Positions 12,223-26,199 of a stretch of DNA of 64,000 bases are shown one piece after another. Origin of the DNA: Selaginella moellendorffii (Eukaryota; Plantae; Lycopodiophyta). A program made the translations under genes and the position numbers. The stretch covers positions 1,277,858 through 1,341,857 of the forward strand of contig NW_003314296.1 of NCBI RefSeq assembly GCF_000143415.4. The letters are read 5' to 3'. Numbering within the stretch: the first letter of the stretch is position 1; every line of letters starts with the position of its first letter. The notes under the pieces were generated by a model. It was not told the DNA's origin. It saw only the letters and a program-made list of their open reading frames with translations, and made no database searches.

Positions 12223-14619
12223 TATAGTAAGTGTCTTTATAGTAAGTGTCTATATCTATTAGGATATGTTGCTCTAGTGCTTATAAGGGATTTTGAGTGC
12301 ATACTAAATCTTCATTTCGTAATGGAATGGACTTCGAGTTTAGATATGTGCCCCCATCCAAATTTGGCATCAACACCAACAATAATGCATCATATGAAAC
12401 ATTTTGGTTTTATCATGATATAATTGCTATATTAGCCAAAAAATGCAAAAGAGCAAATGCTCCTTCAAAATCCATTTTTTGTTGAGGAAGATAAAGTATT
12501 TAAAGTAGACAAACCTTTTCAGTTTCATTTGTCTCCCAAAAAACTTACTCACAAAGTCTTAAAGCTTTATAAAGTGACTAAACTGATTATAAATTGCTTT
12601 AACGTTGCAATAAGTATTCATTGCTAGAACAAAAGGGATTTGCCCAAGAATTTTTTTTTAAGACCCCTTCACAATAGAAGACTGCTTAAAAACCTACTCT
12701 AAAACCTCTAATATCACACTCAAATAATCTTTATTACTCAATATCTATACAGCTGTCTCATATATTAGATGCTCTAATTCATCCATAATAAAGACTTGGT
12801 CAAGGTTTGCCACTTCTAGAGCATTAGGGATAATTTACTATGTTTGCCACGACAGTTTTGTTATTATTCCCTCAATTATTAACTCGTGTTAGTTCTATTT
12901 GGTGGTATTAATTATTTACGGAAAGTGTCTAGATTTGTTAGTTTGGTATATCTATGGAATGTAAAAATTGTTCTAAATACAATAGTGTTATTCTTGTGTT
13001 CAAATTTGCAATCTAACATTATTCTATATTTAGTAAGTTTTTGTGATTATCCCAGAGATTAACTTATGGGACTGAGGTGAAAGCCCAAAGTGTGCATCCC
13101 TTTAAAGAGGGCTGTGAAGGGGTTTTAAATGTATAATAAGGAGAATGGGTAAATCAGGCATGGCTGACTAAATTGAAGTATAGTTTAACTTTCATTTGCA
13201 TGCGTATTCTTGTTCTGTGTCTTGCTTACCAAGCCCAAACTCTATATTGCTAACTGGTGGAGTATCTATATCCTTTTATTAGGCCATTAGTATACTAAAA
13301 TAATGCTAAACTTTATTTAGTTTCGTCTTGTATATTTGATATGACATTGGGATTCTAGAAGTTCTAAAATTGCTTTAACATCACTCCATGCTCCTATTTT
13401 TTTCCTTCTTGGGTTATACACTCAAGAGTCACTTCGTGCTTCTATCCCCTGCTGCTTCCACCTCCGCCACTGCTCAGATGATCTCCAACTTGAAATTGGT
13501 GTCACAAAGGTGGAGCTATGGCTGGAGCTGAGGGCACTCCACCACATCACCTACTACTGGGACGAGTTTAAGATTTAAAAGAGCCAAGGAGATTAGACAC
13601 TCACTCCATCATCCAGATCTTGAATGCAAAATATTTCAATCACAAGAGTGACTACAAGAAGAAGGTGAAGCTAATTGCAGATCTGGAGCACAAGTTATGA
13701 GGAAAAGTGTGCTTCCCACCTGACCAAGGTTTGTGAAAGCTCTCTTTCATACTTACACTTTCTTTTGGAGTCAGTCATAAAAAAAAAAACCAACAAGCTC
13801 TCACCTTTCACTCGCTGGAAGTATGAAACCAACACTCTTTTTATGTCAATCCTCAAGACAGAGGAAACATTCCAAAGCTGACACCTCGCTTCTAGAAGCA
13901 GTCCAGAAGAAAAGTGATGGGACAAGAGAGCAAGCAAATTGAAGAGAGCTAGAGAACATATGAGGGAGCGACTTGATCTCATTCCTGGTGGCCAAGTCCA
14001 CCACCCCACCATCGATGTCAATTGTGTAGCCGCTTTTGAGGCTGCAAAGAGCAAAAAGATCACACAGGAATTACAGCCCTCCCATCACTCCCAGAACTCA
14101 GCATGGTAGTCATACCTGTTGAGCATCATGGGCATTTCTCACGAGCTCATCCAGTATGGTTGCGCCCTGATATCCTGGATGCTCTTGAGAAGCAGCGCCT
14201 TATTCTGCCACCCCCGGCTTTGGGCTTTGTGCTCATCTCCGATGGCAACTTTGAGGAGCTCGTGCTCCACCACCTTGAGGAACTGCGATGGTGACTCAAG
14301 CTTGTGGAGACACGGCACCAGTGGCGAGGTGGAGCTGGATCCCGTCCTGGCGTGGCTCCAGGGAGTGGAAGCGGAGGCAATGTGCTGTGCTTTAGGAGAT
14401 GGAAATGAGCTGCGTGATGCAAAGCTGGATCCGAGCCTGGAACTGTTGAGCTCGAGGAGCTCATCGTCATGTCCATCTTCCTGTTGTGATCGATCCCGGA
14501 TGCGTTCTTCATCATCGAGCCGTCACTGAAACGATCGAAAGAGTCTATGGGCCGCACAAGCCAGAGCTTATCACGTAATCCCCGACTCGCTTCATCGTGC
14601 CCGAGTGGCTGCAAGCGAC

Positions 14620-15900
14620 GAGCACGGCCATCAGAGTTTGGGAACCAGCCCCTGGAGCTCCATTCTGTGGCAAACGCTTTAGGTAAACATGCTACCATGG
14701 TCGACCAAGTTCCCATGTTGGTTACCTCGAAGAGATTGGCTGCCTTGTCTAGCCTACCGTGGTAAGAGTATGTTAGGACCAGGTAACCACGTCATACTGG
14801 GCTGCCTTGTTGAAGGTTTGTTTGGCCTTGCCCTGAGCGTATGCCATGAGCATGCACTTCCAATGAGGCATCTCATCAAACAACAGCTTCGATTCAACGA
14901 GCTTTCCATTCGTGCAACAACGTAGTAACAGGTCGGTGTAAGCCATGGCACTTCTTCCCGGCATTCTTTCAAAGAGAAGGTTCGCAGTCTCAAAATGCCC
15001 ACTTAAGGCATAAGCTTGTACAATAGCATTCCACGAGCAGAGATTTCTGTGGGGAGTATTCCTAAAGACAAATGATGCCAAGAATAAGTCTTCCTTTTGT
15101 GAGTACATGCCTATAAGTGTGTTCCAATCACTGGAATCTTCGGTGTAAAAGCTCTCTAGCATGTGTTTCTCATCTTCTATTCTAAAGGGCATATGCAGAG
15201 ACCAAAGAACCCCAAGATTAAGAATCTATACAAGGCATTCTAGAAAAGATATCTAGAGCTTGTGATAACAAACCGTTGCTACCAGCTAATGGGCATATGG
15301 AGCAGGCAGTAGTGATGTTTGCTTTGATGCTTTCGATAAATCTAATCTCTTGCAATATAGTGCTTGTTAGTTTTATCAAAAAAGTCCATGTCAGATCGTT
15401 TCTATCGGGGGAGTGATCAAACAAAGCTTGGGCAGTGTGTTGCTGGCCGACTTGTGAGCGGCCATTTATCACAGCGTTCCACGACACGGCGCTCTTCTCG
15501 GGGATGAAATGGAACGCTCGTATCGTGTGGTCGGGGCAAATCCAGAGACGATAGTAGTGAAGGAGAAGATGCTCCAGCACGGCATTCTCTCGAAACTCTC
15601 CCACAAATTGCCCATGAGCTCTTGCTGGGAGGAATCCCATCAAATTCCACAAGACAATGTGTGGAGTCCTTGTGTGACATCCCCCGGAAGAAGAAGGCCG
15701 CGCAGGCCTCGAATTGTGCTGCCACGGAGGATGTTGGAGGAGAAGACATTGGGGTTTGGATTCGCGGCGTAGCATCGCCCAAGCTCCCACATTTGCCATA
15801 CATGTACGTGATCATATTGGAGAGGTATTGATTCAGCCAGCGCTCTCCAGGATCTGCGTGGATCCTCCAAATCTCTGGTCTTGCGGCCCCTGGATGTCGT
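14620..15900 (-). pseudogene. PLS-class PPR pseudogene
   Basis: PPR fragments scattered across frames: MYGKCGSLGDA, EKSAVSWNAVING, RNLCSWNAIVQAYALSGHFETANLLFERMP, DVVTWS. Multiple frameshifts and stops. Confidence 0.85.
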
Positions 15901-16664
15901 CCACGTGGACAGTCAGATGGACTCTAAATGTTCCTTAGCATTCCAAATCTAATAAGAGGTGCTGAAACTATATTTTATTATCTCTCAGTGTTCATGACTT
16001 TGTGGTTATAGCATGTATTGTTCTATTATATATTGTTGGGTTTGATTTCCAATCCACTTGATTCTTTCAAGTAGGGATAGTATGATTTTAGAGTCACCTT
16101 TTGAACATGGACATAATTTTATTATTTTCCTTATTGTTATTATTTTATTAATATTGGCTGGAGAAAGAGCGCAAAATGTCTTGGTGAGCTAGAGAGAGAG
16201 CTTACTAAGAGCTGGGCTTGACACTACACCATAGAAATTTAAAAGTGTAACTTGCAGTACAACTAATGAGAATTTGGTATAGAGCTCTATATGATCGAAT
16301 TGGTAAGCTCAATGGCATGTTTGTGCTGTTTGTGTGCTAGAGCAAATCAAATATATATCTTCCCTTCCACAAAATTTGATTGAATGACTACAGTGGAGAT
16401 GCACCTAAGTTAATACTTTTTAATGATCTGTTTGATCAATCTAGAAAGGACTTTTCCTTTTTTCTTCTATAGATATAGCTCACTATAATCTTTTAAACAC
16501 TTCAACATAATCAAACAATCACACGCCATTGAATTCTCGATACCCTGCCAGCATATGCAAGCCTTCCTCACCATTTGAACAAGAAAGACGCTAGACAACA
16601 AGCTAGAAATAGTGAATGAGAATGAACTTTTAAACGCAGTTTATATTAATGGTAACTACATCAC

Positions 16665-16733
16665 AGCCGTTGGATTAAAGGATATCTTAGAATATACCAT
16701 CCAAACCGTTAGATTTTAGTGCGGCTAGGGTTT
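16665..16733 (+). promoter_or_regulatory. Two MSA-like elements plus a telo-box upstream of ATG 16743
   Basis: AGCCGTTGGA (16665) and AACCGTTAGA (16704) read TCCAACGGCT and TCTAACGGTT on -, matching YCYAACGGYY. TAGGGTTT at 16726. Confidence 0.5.
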
Positions 16734-16742
16734 CGTGTGGCT

Positions 16743-17279
16743 ATGGATGAGACTCGGGTATTCGTCTTCCTCTGTGCAGCGGAAAGCTGCCATCTCTCGA
16801 TGTTTGGGTGGCTTGAATCCCTCGGAGCTCTCCATCCGGTTGCACCCAGACGAAGGCGACGTTTTCCATCCCCTCTCTCTCAACTACACAACGGGCCTGT
16901 CGTGCCGGACTTGGGACGAGCTCAGCTGCATCTATTCTGAGGGACGTGGAGGTGAGGCAAAAGCTCGGCCGTTCTTGCGCATGGAAGCGACGCTGTTCTT
17001 GGGATCGAAGACGTCAGTGGGCTGAGCCGGCAGGGATTGAACAGATGCGAGATGGAATTCTACCTGTGGGCGAGCTCGTCCAAGCTCCTGTTTTTGCAGC
17101 TGGTGACTGATTTCAAGAGCGCCGCTGTCTTTTACTATCGGTTTCCGCGGACAGGATCCATCGCCACCTTGAGGAAGCTCGTGAAGTTGATCGCGTTGAG
17201 ATTACCCAATTGTCCAGAGTCTGAAATGGCTTGGTCGATTCTGGGCTGGAAACGCTTCGCAAACGAGGAAGGGTGGTAG
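16743..17279 (+). pseudogene. Internally deleted, frameshifted tandem paralog of the 17357 gene
   Basis: AISRCLGGLNPSELSIR..FHPLSLNYTTGLSCRTWDEL and RCEMEFYLWASSSKLLFLQLVTDFKSAAVFYY..LPNCPESEMAWSILGWKRF align to the downstream protein. The middle is missing and the pieces lie in different frames. Confidence 0.85.
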
Positions 17280-17356
17280 AATAATCTTGTTTCCTTTCGC
17301 CACCCACATATCATTCTGTGCCGTCCGATCTTCGACGAAAGTCCTAGGGTTTGATC

Positions 17357-18481
17357 ATGGCGTCCTTGGATCTGCGCTGGTTCCGGCTGCACTGCAGGAC
17401 AATCTTTGGTATGCGTCTTCCTCTCTACAATGGGAAGCTCGACCTGCTTGCAATCTCTCGCTGCTTCGAGTTGAATCCGGCAAAGCTCTCCTTCCGAGTC
17501 ATGGTGCGGCAATACGAAGCAGACAACGAAGATGATGACGAGTATGATGTGAGTTTCCATCCGCTTCCGCTCGACCACACAACAGGCCTGTCATGCTTGA
17601 CTTGGGAGGAGATGGTCGCGGATGTCCTCGCTGTGTATCCCATCTCGTCCGTTGCCGACGCCAAGACGCGGCAGCATGCCGCTGTAATCCACGGGCCCCC
17701 TCTGCAAAGCTCTCCCGCTTGGCTGTCGAGATTGTCGCGGATATGCAGGGCTCTTGTCCCGGTGGAGTCAGTTTTGTGCCACCAGTTCATGTTCATGCTT
17801 CACAAAGAGCTTGGCGTCACTGGCTTCGTGCATAAGGTTTCCAGGGACAAGAAATTGAGTGAGCTCACCCGACACGAGCCTGAGCCCGAGGAGGAGGACT
17901 CTTACGTCGATCGCCACCTCCCTCGCGAGCAAAGTGACGAGCTCTTGCGTGATATTTCCAATCTAAAGGTGCCACACGCGTACCGATGGCTGCAGCCGCA
18001 GGAGATCGACGGGGGCATGAGAACTTTGCGAGTGCAGAGCGTGAACTTGGACGTGGAGGTGAGGACCAAAAGCTCGGCTGTTCTTGCGTGTGGGAAGTCT
18101 GGCGACGCTGTTCTGGGCATTGACGTCGTGAGTCATTTCAGCCAGTTGAGCTTGAGGAGGTGCGAGGTGGAGTTTTACTCGTGGGCGAGCGCGTCCAGGC
18201 TTCCTTTTGTGCAGTTCATCACTGACTTCAGAAACGGGGCCGTGCTTTTCTACTGCACTTTCACGCAGACGAGAGCAATGTGCCGTGAGACGATGTCGAC
18301 CGGCACCATGATGAAGCTGCTGCAGCTCGTCATGGCAACGTTGCCCAATCCGGAGTTGGAGCTGGAGTGGTGGCCGCTGGCCTGGAAGCGTTTCTCCCAA
18401 ACAGGTGAGGTCTTTCAACTTTGCATTCTTTGGTAGTACTAATCTTTCTTGAAATTAACAGATGGAACAAAGGAACAATGA
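17357..18481 (+). CDS. ~355 aa protein: N-terminal ubiquitin-like domain plus C-terminal degenerate PD-(D/E)xK (Crinkler-like) domain
   Basis: Long GC-rich ORF from ATG 17357, with a telo-box just upstream. Probable 57-nt GT-AG intron 18405-18461 and short last exon (DGTKEQ*). Domain call is from motif recall only. Confidence 0.75.
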
Positions 18482-21400
18482 GCACTCCAGCCTGCAATCT
18501 ATCATCCAAGGCGCAGAAGACAACCCAAAGTTTTATAGTATTGTGGTTACTTTGTGTTTTTCATTTTTGGTTTGCTTAAGCAAACTTGTAAGGGAAGTGA
18601 ATATATCTAGAATATATTTGCAATTGTCTTAGTATTTTATTAGTAGTTTCATCACTATTGACAAGCTTCTGTCACCTCCCTTCCTCTCTTTGATTCCATT
18701 TTTGCAATTGGTATTCATTTAATATCCAATCTTCTCTCTATATATGCTGACTATAAACAAGGAGAGATTTGATATCTTGCCACCATATCAAATTTATGAT
18801 TGTTCATGTGGAAGTAAAATAACCTATTTACAATCTTTCATAAAATTTTAAAGGTTTTATTCAACATTTAAGGTTTAATATATGTATGTATTCTAGGTAA
18901 TACATTAATTATATAGACCATTCTTATATATAAGTAGGGGTCTAAACCTCAATTAATATATCTATTCTTATAGCCCAAGCATTCACATTAGTGGAGGTGA
19001 GGGGCACTACAATTTATTTGTGAAGGACAAGCTTTTTGGGAATGCTTTACTCTAGTGTTTGGGATTGTACTTTTTATTTTTATTTCTTCATTCTCTTTTA
19101 GATCTAGATTTGTATTAGCTTTTTGTAAAATTTAGAATTCTAACTATCAATATACTCTTTCTTTTAATCTTCATTACATTTGCTTCTTTTACCATGTCAT
19201 GCTATCATCAATCAAGGAATATATCACTTGAGGCACTTTATTGGATCAAGCTTTTGGTGGTATGAGGTTTGATTATATTGGTGTTGTAACCATTTTTAGT
19301 GTGTTGCTATCTTTAACCAATTGGAAAAGGGGGTGGAGTCTTGTTTATAAGCCCTTTCCTTTTATATTTCTTTTGAGTCGTTCTTTTTAGTTACTTATAA
19401 TCCATCAACCTTAAATTCTATAAATTCACACCCTTATGAATGAAAACTGAAAATCATAACTCCTTTAAAAACTACACTCTCTTGACACTCTATCCTTTGG
19501 GTCGAGCTTAGCCAAATGCAAATTAATTCTGCCAAATGTCAATTTCAATATGTAGTGTGATTCCTCTAACTAATTAATAAAGTTAGTCCCAAGACCTCCA
19601 TAATACCAAATGTAAACTCATGAATTTGAACTTCCTAGGAAGTCACTTAGCCCAATACTACTTAAATATCCCAAGATCATTAATCAATTGAAAAAGGGGA
19701 TGCATTCTTGTTCATGAGCCTTTTCCCTCTATATTTGAACCTTTATAGATAATCTTTCAAATCATTCTTTTTGGTTGCTTACACATACTAATGGCTTTAG
19801 TGTATTGCCATCTTTAACTTTCATAGGATATGATTATATAGCTTGTCTTGTTCTCATTGTTCTACCATTTCCTGTTGATGTGAAATATGATTATGACATC
19901 AATTGGTGAACTATGGATGATGCAATCCAATTCTTGGAGAATGTTTGAGGAGGGAAGATAATGTATATGAGCTTCAATGAATTCTAGATTGTGATGAAAA
20001 ACTTAATTATTATAGAGATAACTTTTGAAATGAGTTAAAAATTTCACGAGGTAAGTGTCAATCCTTAATATGCCATCTAATCCTTTTTCTTTACCTTTTG
20101 TTTTTTCTCAACTTTTTTCTTATTTCTCGGCTTGAGCCACTTTTTTATGTTCTTATTGTTCCTTCTTCATTTGCAATATTTCTTTTTCCTAGCACATCAA
20201 TCATTTTTTACTCTTATGATTCTCATTCTCAATCCAGTGTTGAGTTGAATGTTTTTTATCCTCCTCATATTAATTTAGATCTTGAGCATGTGCAAGAAGT
20301 TAAAAATCTTGTTTTTATTTCTTTGGTAAAATCTTTGATTAATTCTAATGTTGAGTATTCCCCTATTCTTAAGGTTGAATCAATTTGGCTAAAGTTTTGT
20401 GTATATCTTTAGTTATGAGTGTTGTTAAGAACTTTTGTTTTATTGTTACTGCTATGTTCTTTCGAGAGTATGGATTTTTCTATTAATTTATCTTTTTCAA
20501 GTGTTGAATTGTGTATTGAGGAAGTTGAGTGGTATGAATTTCTTATTTATCTCATGCTACCCGAAATATTTTATCACAACAAATTTTTTGTTCTCTAAGC
20601 TTTGAACATATTTCTTTTTTTTCTTCCCATTTCTATTTTGACAATTGTTGAAAATTCCTTTTCCAATACTTCTTTATCCACTTTTTTTTCTTCCATGTCT
20701 TCCTTTTTTTTTCTCACTTTCTCCTTTTTGCCCTAACATTTCAAACTGTTTTTTTCTTCATAGAAGGGGGTAAAGAAGATAGGCCTTAATGATGGAGTGA
20801 AAACAAATGGATATAATAGTGGAGCAAAGACAAACAACATGGATTGTTGATTGAGGATGAATAAAATGAAACATCCAACCCTGATGTAATGAAGCTAAAT
20901 TGATGTGATAATGGAGTGAAGTCGAATATAGATGGTAGAGTGAGGACAAGTGTAGCGAGTCCAAATAGAATTAGTGTTTTAAAACTTTTTTTCCTTCAAG
21001 AAGGGGATAAAGAGGATATAGAGGATGAATGGAGTGAATTTGGTCTTTCATGTGTAGTTTTAAATAAGGATGACAATCATTAGTTTAAATCAACACAGGT
21101 CTTAAATGTTAAATGAAGGGAAAATGCAAAAACAAGTTTTACTTATGATTGTAAGTCCGAGTTAATGGTGGTCTGTGAGGATCATCAATAAGCAAAATTA
21201 CAGATAGGATGTATTGTTTACTATAATGATGCTTTATGGACTGTTGTGGCTCTTAAAGTTCCTTATTTCAGTTGAAAGTTATGGCTCTATAGTTGGTTTA
21301 AACATTTGGCAGTTGCATATGGAATTATATTTGATTCATTGGGATTTTGTAATCAACTAATGTTTGTGCCATAACTTTGGATTTTATTTCAATCATTATT

Positions 21401-21688
21401 GTTAGCAACTTTATTGATGGTTTTGTGGAAGCTTCAAATTCTTGTGGTAGTTTATAATTGCTCAGCAAAAACTTCAAATGTTCCACTTGACTTTTTCATC
21501 TTTTGGAAGGAAGGATTGTATAAAGGTTTGTAAATATATGTATTACCCTGGTTAGGTAATACATTAATTATGTGGAAGGTAATAGTTGTTGATCTACTCA
21601 GATCTCTAAGAATCATGCACCAATTAGTCAGAAATAACTTGTATATAGAGCATGATTGATATGTGAATGGTAACTTATTTTCTCTTTA

Positions 21689-24600
21689 TGGTATCGGAGC
21701 ACTTGTGACTTATCACTTTTCTTTTCTTTCTTTGTTTCTATTTCTTGCTATTATTGTTGATGGAGCAATTGGCTGTTACCATTCTTATAAATCTTCAACC
21801 ATTCTTGCAAACCTTTAGCCATTTGATAGCTCAAGGCATTTTTGGTACTAAAGGGACTAAATTAAAGTGTTGAGCTTGATGGGGGTGTAGGACATAATTG
21901 CATCTCCCCAAAGTGTTGATTTTTCAACCACTAAATCCACTCGCAATAGCAATTAAGAGCAAGTTGCTCAAGCCATCATCAAATCAAAGTTAGTAGAACA
22001 TCTAACATATGCAACAAGAGTCAAATTTGTTGGAAGAATTTGGGAGCACTTCCTTATGCATTAAGGGACAAAGACTACTCAAAGATCACAATGATTGTGA
22101 CAAAAATTCTATCAAAGTGCTACATTGCCAAGGAGGATTTGTAAGTTCTCTTCCAAGATTTTGTCATCTTTTTTAGGAATTGGAAGAAAGCAAATGTAGC
22201 TATAGTGAAGCAAGAAAAATCTTGGCACTTAGTAAGGCTTTTGAGAAACTGAATCAAGCTCTTGCTATCACTGTCCATAGCACTAGCACTACGATTGATA
22301 ATATTGAGGATCAAGACAGAAATTAATGCTAGTTTTTTGGAGTTTGCTAGAGCAATCATGACTCAGCATCATGGAAGAAGAAGGCATTGCCCCAAGGATG
22401 AGGATGTGGTTGTGGGTGCTTGCAAGGACAAGGATGCAGATCACAATCTCAAGCAAAAGAATTTGAGAACAATGAGGAAGAAGATGACAACTATTGCTAC
22501 TATTGCTAGAAGTTGAATACTAGACATGTAAAGGCTAATAGTTTGGTTTGCTTGCAGGAAGAAGCAAGAGGAGCAGCCAGGCACTATACAACTGCTAGAC
22601 TTCCTCCATTTGCAACTACTATGGAAGACTTTAGATCCATGGGAGACCAAAGTAAGGATGATCCAATAGTATGCTTAGTTGCTAAAAAAAAACTTAGTTT
22701 TTGATAGTCTAGTGTTGAATTCAGGACCTAAGGGGCATGTCATGAAGGATAGGAATTGGTTTGAGGAGGTCAAACTGTTCAAATGGGAAATAGAGGACTT
22801 CAAGTAATCAAGGGTAGTGGAAGTTGTGTAGTGCCAATTAAAGGGCAAGAAGTCTTTAAAGTGAAGTAGACTTTATTAATATCTGGCATTATGCACAATT
22901 TGGCCTTTGTTGCAAGTTTCATTGACCATGGGATGGATATAAGGTTTACCAACACTAAATGCTTTGTTAAAGGATTTATAGGAGAAGTATGGATTGCTAG
23001 AAGGGTTTGAAATTTATATAAGCTTTTGTTCCTAAAAGACCTTTAGTTTCCTCAATAGCTCCAAGCATTTCCAAGGTTGCAAATATGGAGAATAAGACAG
23101 CTTTTTGGCATGCTTGATTTGCACATACAAATGTGCATCTTTTAAAATCCATCAAGTCACAGAATTTGGTGGATGGATTGGATGATCCACTCTTGGAAGA
23201 GAACATTTGTCATGGTTGTCAACTTGGTAAACATGCATAGAGTTCCTTTCCTCATTCATACTAGTGTACCAAGCAACCTTTGGATTTTATGTATTCAGAT
23301 CTTTGTGGTCCTATACAAGTTTGGTCGCTCTTGAGGAAGTTCTACTTCATGATTATGATTGACAACTTCACTAGAAGGTGTATGGTATTCTATCTGAATA
23401 AAAAAAGTGATGCTTTTGTAGCTTTCAATATCTTTCTTAAGAAATCTAAGAGGTAGTTGGATAGAAGATTGAAGATATTGCACTCAAACTCAAGAGGAGA
23501 ATACACATCAAATGAATTCAAGGTTTTTTATCTTGAAAGAGGTATTTGGCAAGAGTTCACATATATAGCTACACCACAACAAAATGGAGTAGCTAAATAA
23601 AAATATAGAACAATCATGAATGTAGTGAAATCTATGATGAAAGCAACTGATCTTCCCAACTTTCTTTGGCAAGAAGCTATTCAAGCAATAGTTCACATCC
23701 AGAATAGAATCCCTTCAGCTAGAAAAAGGGATGTCATTCTAGAGGAAGTTTAGATAAATTGTCAACAAAGCATAGCAAGCATAAGAGTTTTTTGCTCACT
23801 TGCTTATGCTAAAGTTCTTAATAATGATTTGAAGAAGCTTGATGATAGGAGTGTCCTTGGTTTTCTCATTGGATATGATGGATAGAAGAAAGATTATCAT
23901 ATCTATCTCCCAAGCTAGTGTAAGATGATTGTATCACAAGATGTCATATTTGATGAAGGCATTTTGTACAAGGATTATCATCTTGCAAAGTCTTAATGTG
24001 GGAACCAGACCTAGAAGAGCTTGTAACAACTTCTAGAGTGGACAACCACAAGCTCCTTCTTGATAACTTTCATAGAAATGACCCTTAATGATCCCAAGCT
24101 GAAAATCTTGAGCAAAATCAAGAAGTTCAAGAGCCTTTAGCAACAGCTCAAGTTAAAGAACTTCCACAATACCATTGAAGGAGGCCAGAATCTAAAAGGT
24201 TGATAGTTGAGTTGAATTTCGATACACAAAATAGAGGGAGGGATGAATCTAGAAGAACATTACAACCTCCTAGACCAGAAATCCTGAGCATTCACATGCC
24301 AAGCACATACCAAGAAACTATCTCAAGACCAGATGTAGAGAAATGGACCTAGGCCATGAAGGAAGAACTTGATAGTCACAATCAAAACAGCATTTTTCAA
24401 GTTGTGTAAAACTCCACCTAAAAGAAAGATCATTGGGAAGAAATGGGTGGATAAGATCCAATACAACCCAGACTCCACCATCAAGAGGTATAAGGCTAGA
24501 TTTATAACTCAAGGTTTTTCACAAATTTCAAGTGTTAATTATGAAGAGACCTTCTCATCAGTAGTGAAGGTAGTAAGTTTGAGGACACTAAAAGCTTTTG

Positions 24601-25840
24601 TTACTAAGTTTGGTTTACATGATCATCATATGGACATCAAAATAGCTTTTCTAAATGCCACTTTGAACAAGGAGATCTTCATGCATGAACTAGAAGGTTT
24701 TAAAGCAGGTCTTGACTTTGTTTGGAAGCTAAGAAAATCCATCTATGGGCTAAAACAAGCATCAAGGGAGTGGTACAAATACTTGAATAATTTATTGCAG
24801 AAGAAAGGTTTCCAAAAGCTCAACTCATATGGAAACCTTTATTAGAAGTAGGAAGGAATAGATGTTTTGGTCATGGTAGTGTATGTCAATGACTGTTTGC
24901 TTGTTAGCAATGGAAAAGAGTACCTTAAAAAGGTCAAACAAATTTTGATGCAGCAATATAGGATGACAGCTCTTGGGAAGGTCCAGAAAATCCTTGGTAT
25001 GGAAGTTCATCAGAGTCCAGATTATTTCCACATTGCAATCACATTGTGTGCATAAGTTCATAAGATACTTCATGAATACAGCATAACAGAGTGCAAGTCG
25101 GCTCCAATGCCAATGGTGTTTGGTACAAAATTCTCTCAATATTCTGAGCTTGAGGTACTTCAAGATATCAGACCATACCAGAAACTTGTTAGCAGCCTTT
25201 TATACATCTCCACTTACATATGGCCTGACATTGCTTTTGCAGTTGGAGTACTTAGTCGCTACACCTCTTATCCAACAAAGAAACACATGAAGGCAGCGAA
25301 ACGAGTACTAAGATATCTCAAAGGGACTAAGCAGTTTGGTTTAGTCTACAAAAGAGATTGCATACTCGGATGTAGATTGGGTAGGCAATGTGGATACTAG
25401 GCAATCAACATCTGGAGTATGTTGTTTACTTTTTGGGGCAGCAGGGAACTGGCTGAGTAAAAAGCAAACTATGGTGGCTCTTTCCAGTGCAGGAGCAGAG
25501 TATGTAGCAGCTTCAGCAGCAGCAAAGGAGATAGTAGGAGCAAAAGGATGCCACTCCACTTTTTACAGACAACAAAAGCTGTATTGCCATCTCAAAAAAT
25601 CCAGTGTTTCATGGGCATATAGAGATCTAAAAGACAAGTGACCCTAGAGTATATTCCAACAAGCTTCTTTTGATTTTCTAAAGTTTACATTCACTTCCAT
25701 TTAAGTTATTATTCATTCAAACAATACTAAGTCATATTTGGTTTAAGAAGTTTAAGACATAGTCTGAAACTGAGTCTAGATACTATATAGTGAAATCCCA
25801 AAACAATTAATCTCCTAATAGGGGGGATAGGAGAGGACAT
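21689..25840 (+). mobile_element. Decayed Ty1/Copia retrotransposon, internal region
   Basis: PBS TGGTATCGGAGC at 21689. Integrase remnants at about 23100-23960. RT motifs KRYKARFITQGFSQ, HMDIKIAFLN, LRKSIYGLKQASREW, VYVND. RNase H motifs YSDVDW..RQSTSG and KKQTMVALSSAGAEYVA. PPT GGGGGGATAGGAGAGG at about 25821, then TG at 25841. Many stops. Confidence 0.92.
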
Positions 25841-26199
25841 TGTGAAATAAGGAGAATGAGGCTAAAGACCCAAAACTGAGTTGAGATTTGGACCAAAAGT
25901 TGGTAATTTTAGTGAGAGTAAGCATGGACTGGATAGAAGGGTGCTAAAGAAGTGTTCAAAAATAATTTCCATTCTCAGAAGAGAAATCAACTATAGTGCA
26001 AGTAGAATGGTGCCCCGCTTGAGTACCATGTAGCTCTCTCTCTTTCTCTCTCCACCACTTTTGGCCAAAGTTCATCATTCCCGTTGGCAATTAGGACTTT
26101 AACTTCAAGCTCCATTTCTGAAGTGTGGAGACAGTTCCAAGTGGAAGTGTTCATGAAATATGACTTTGGAGAAAGATTTTGCCCTCGAGGGTAAGTTGA

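Noticed and set aside
13385-14716. GC-richer stretch with 120-190 aa ORFs on both strands
   Set aside because: Probably gene or TE debris; I could not identify a family or a consistent frame.
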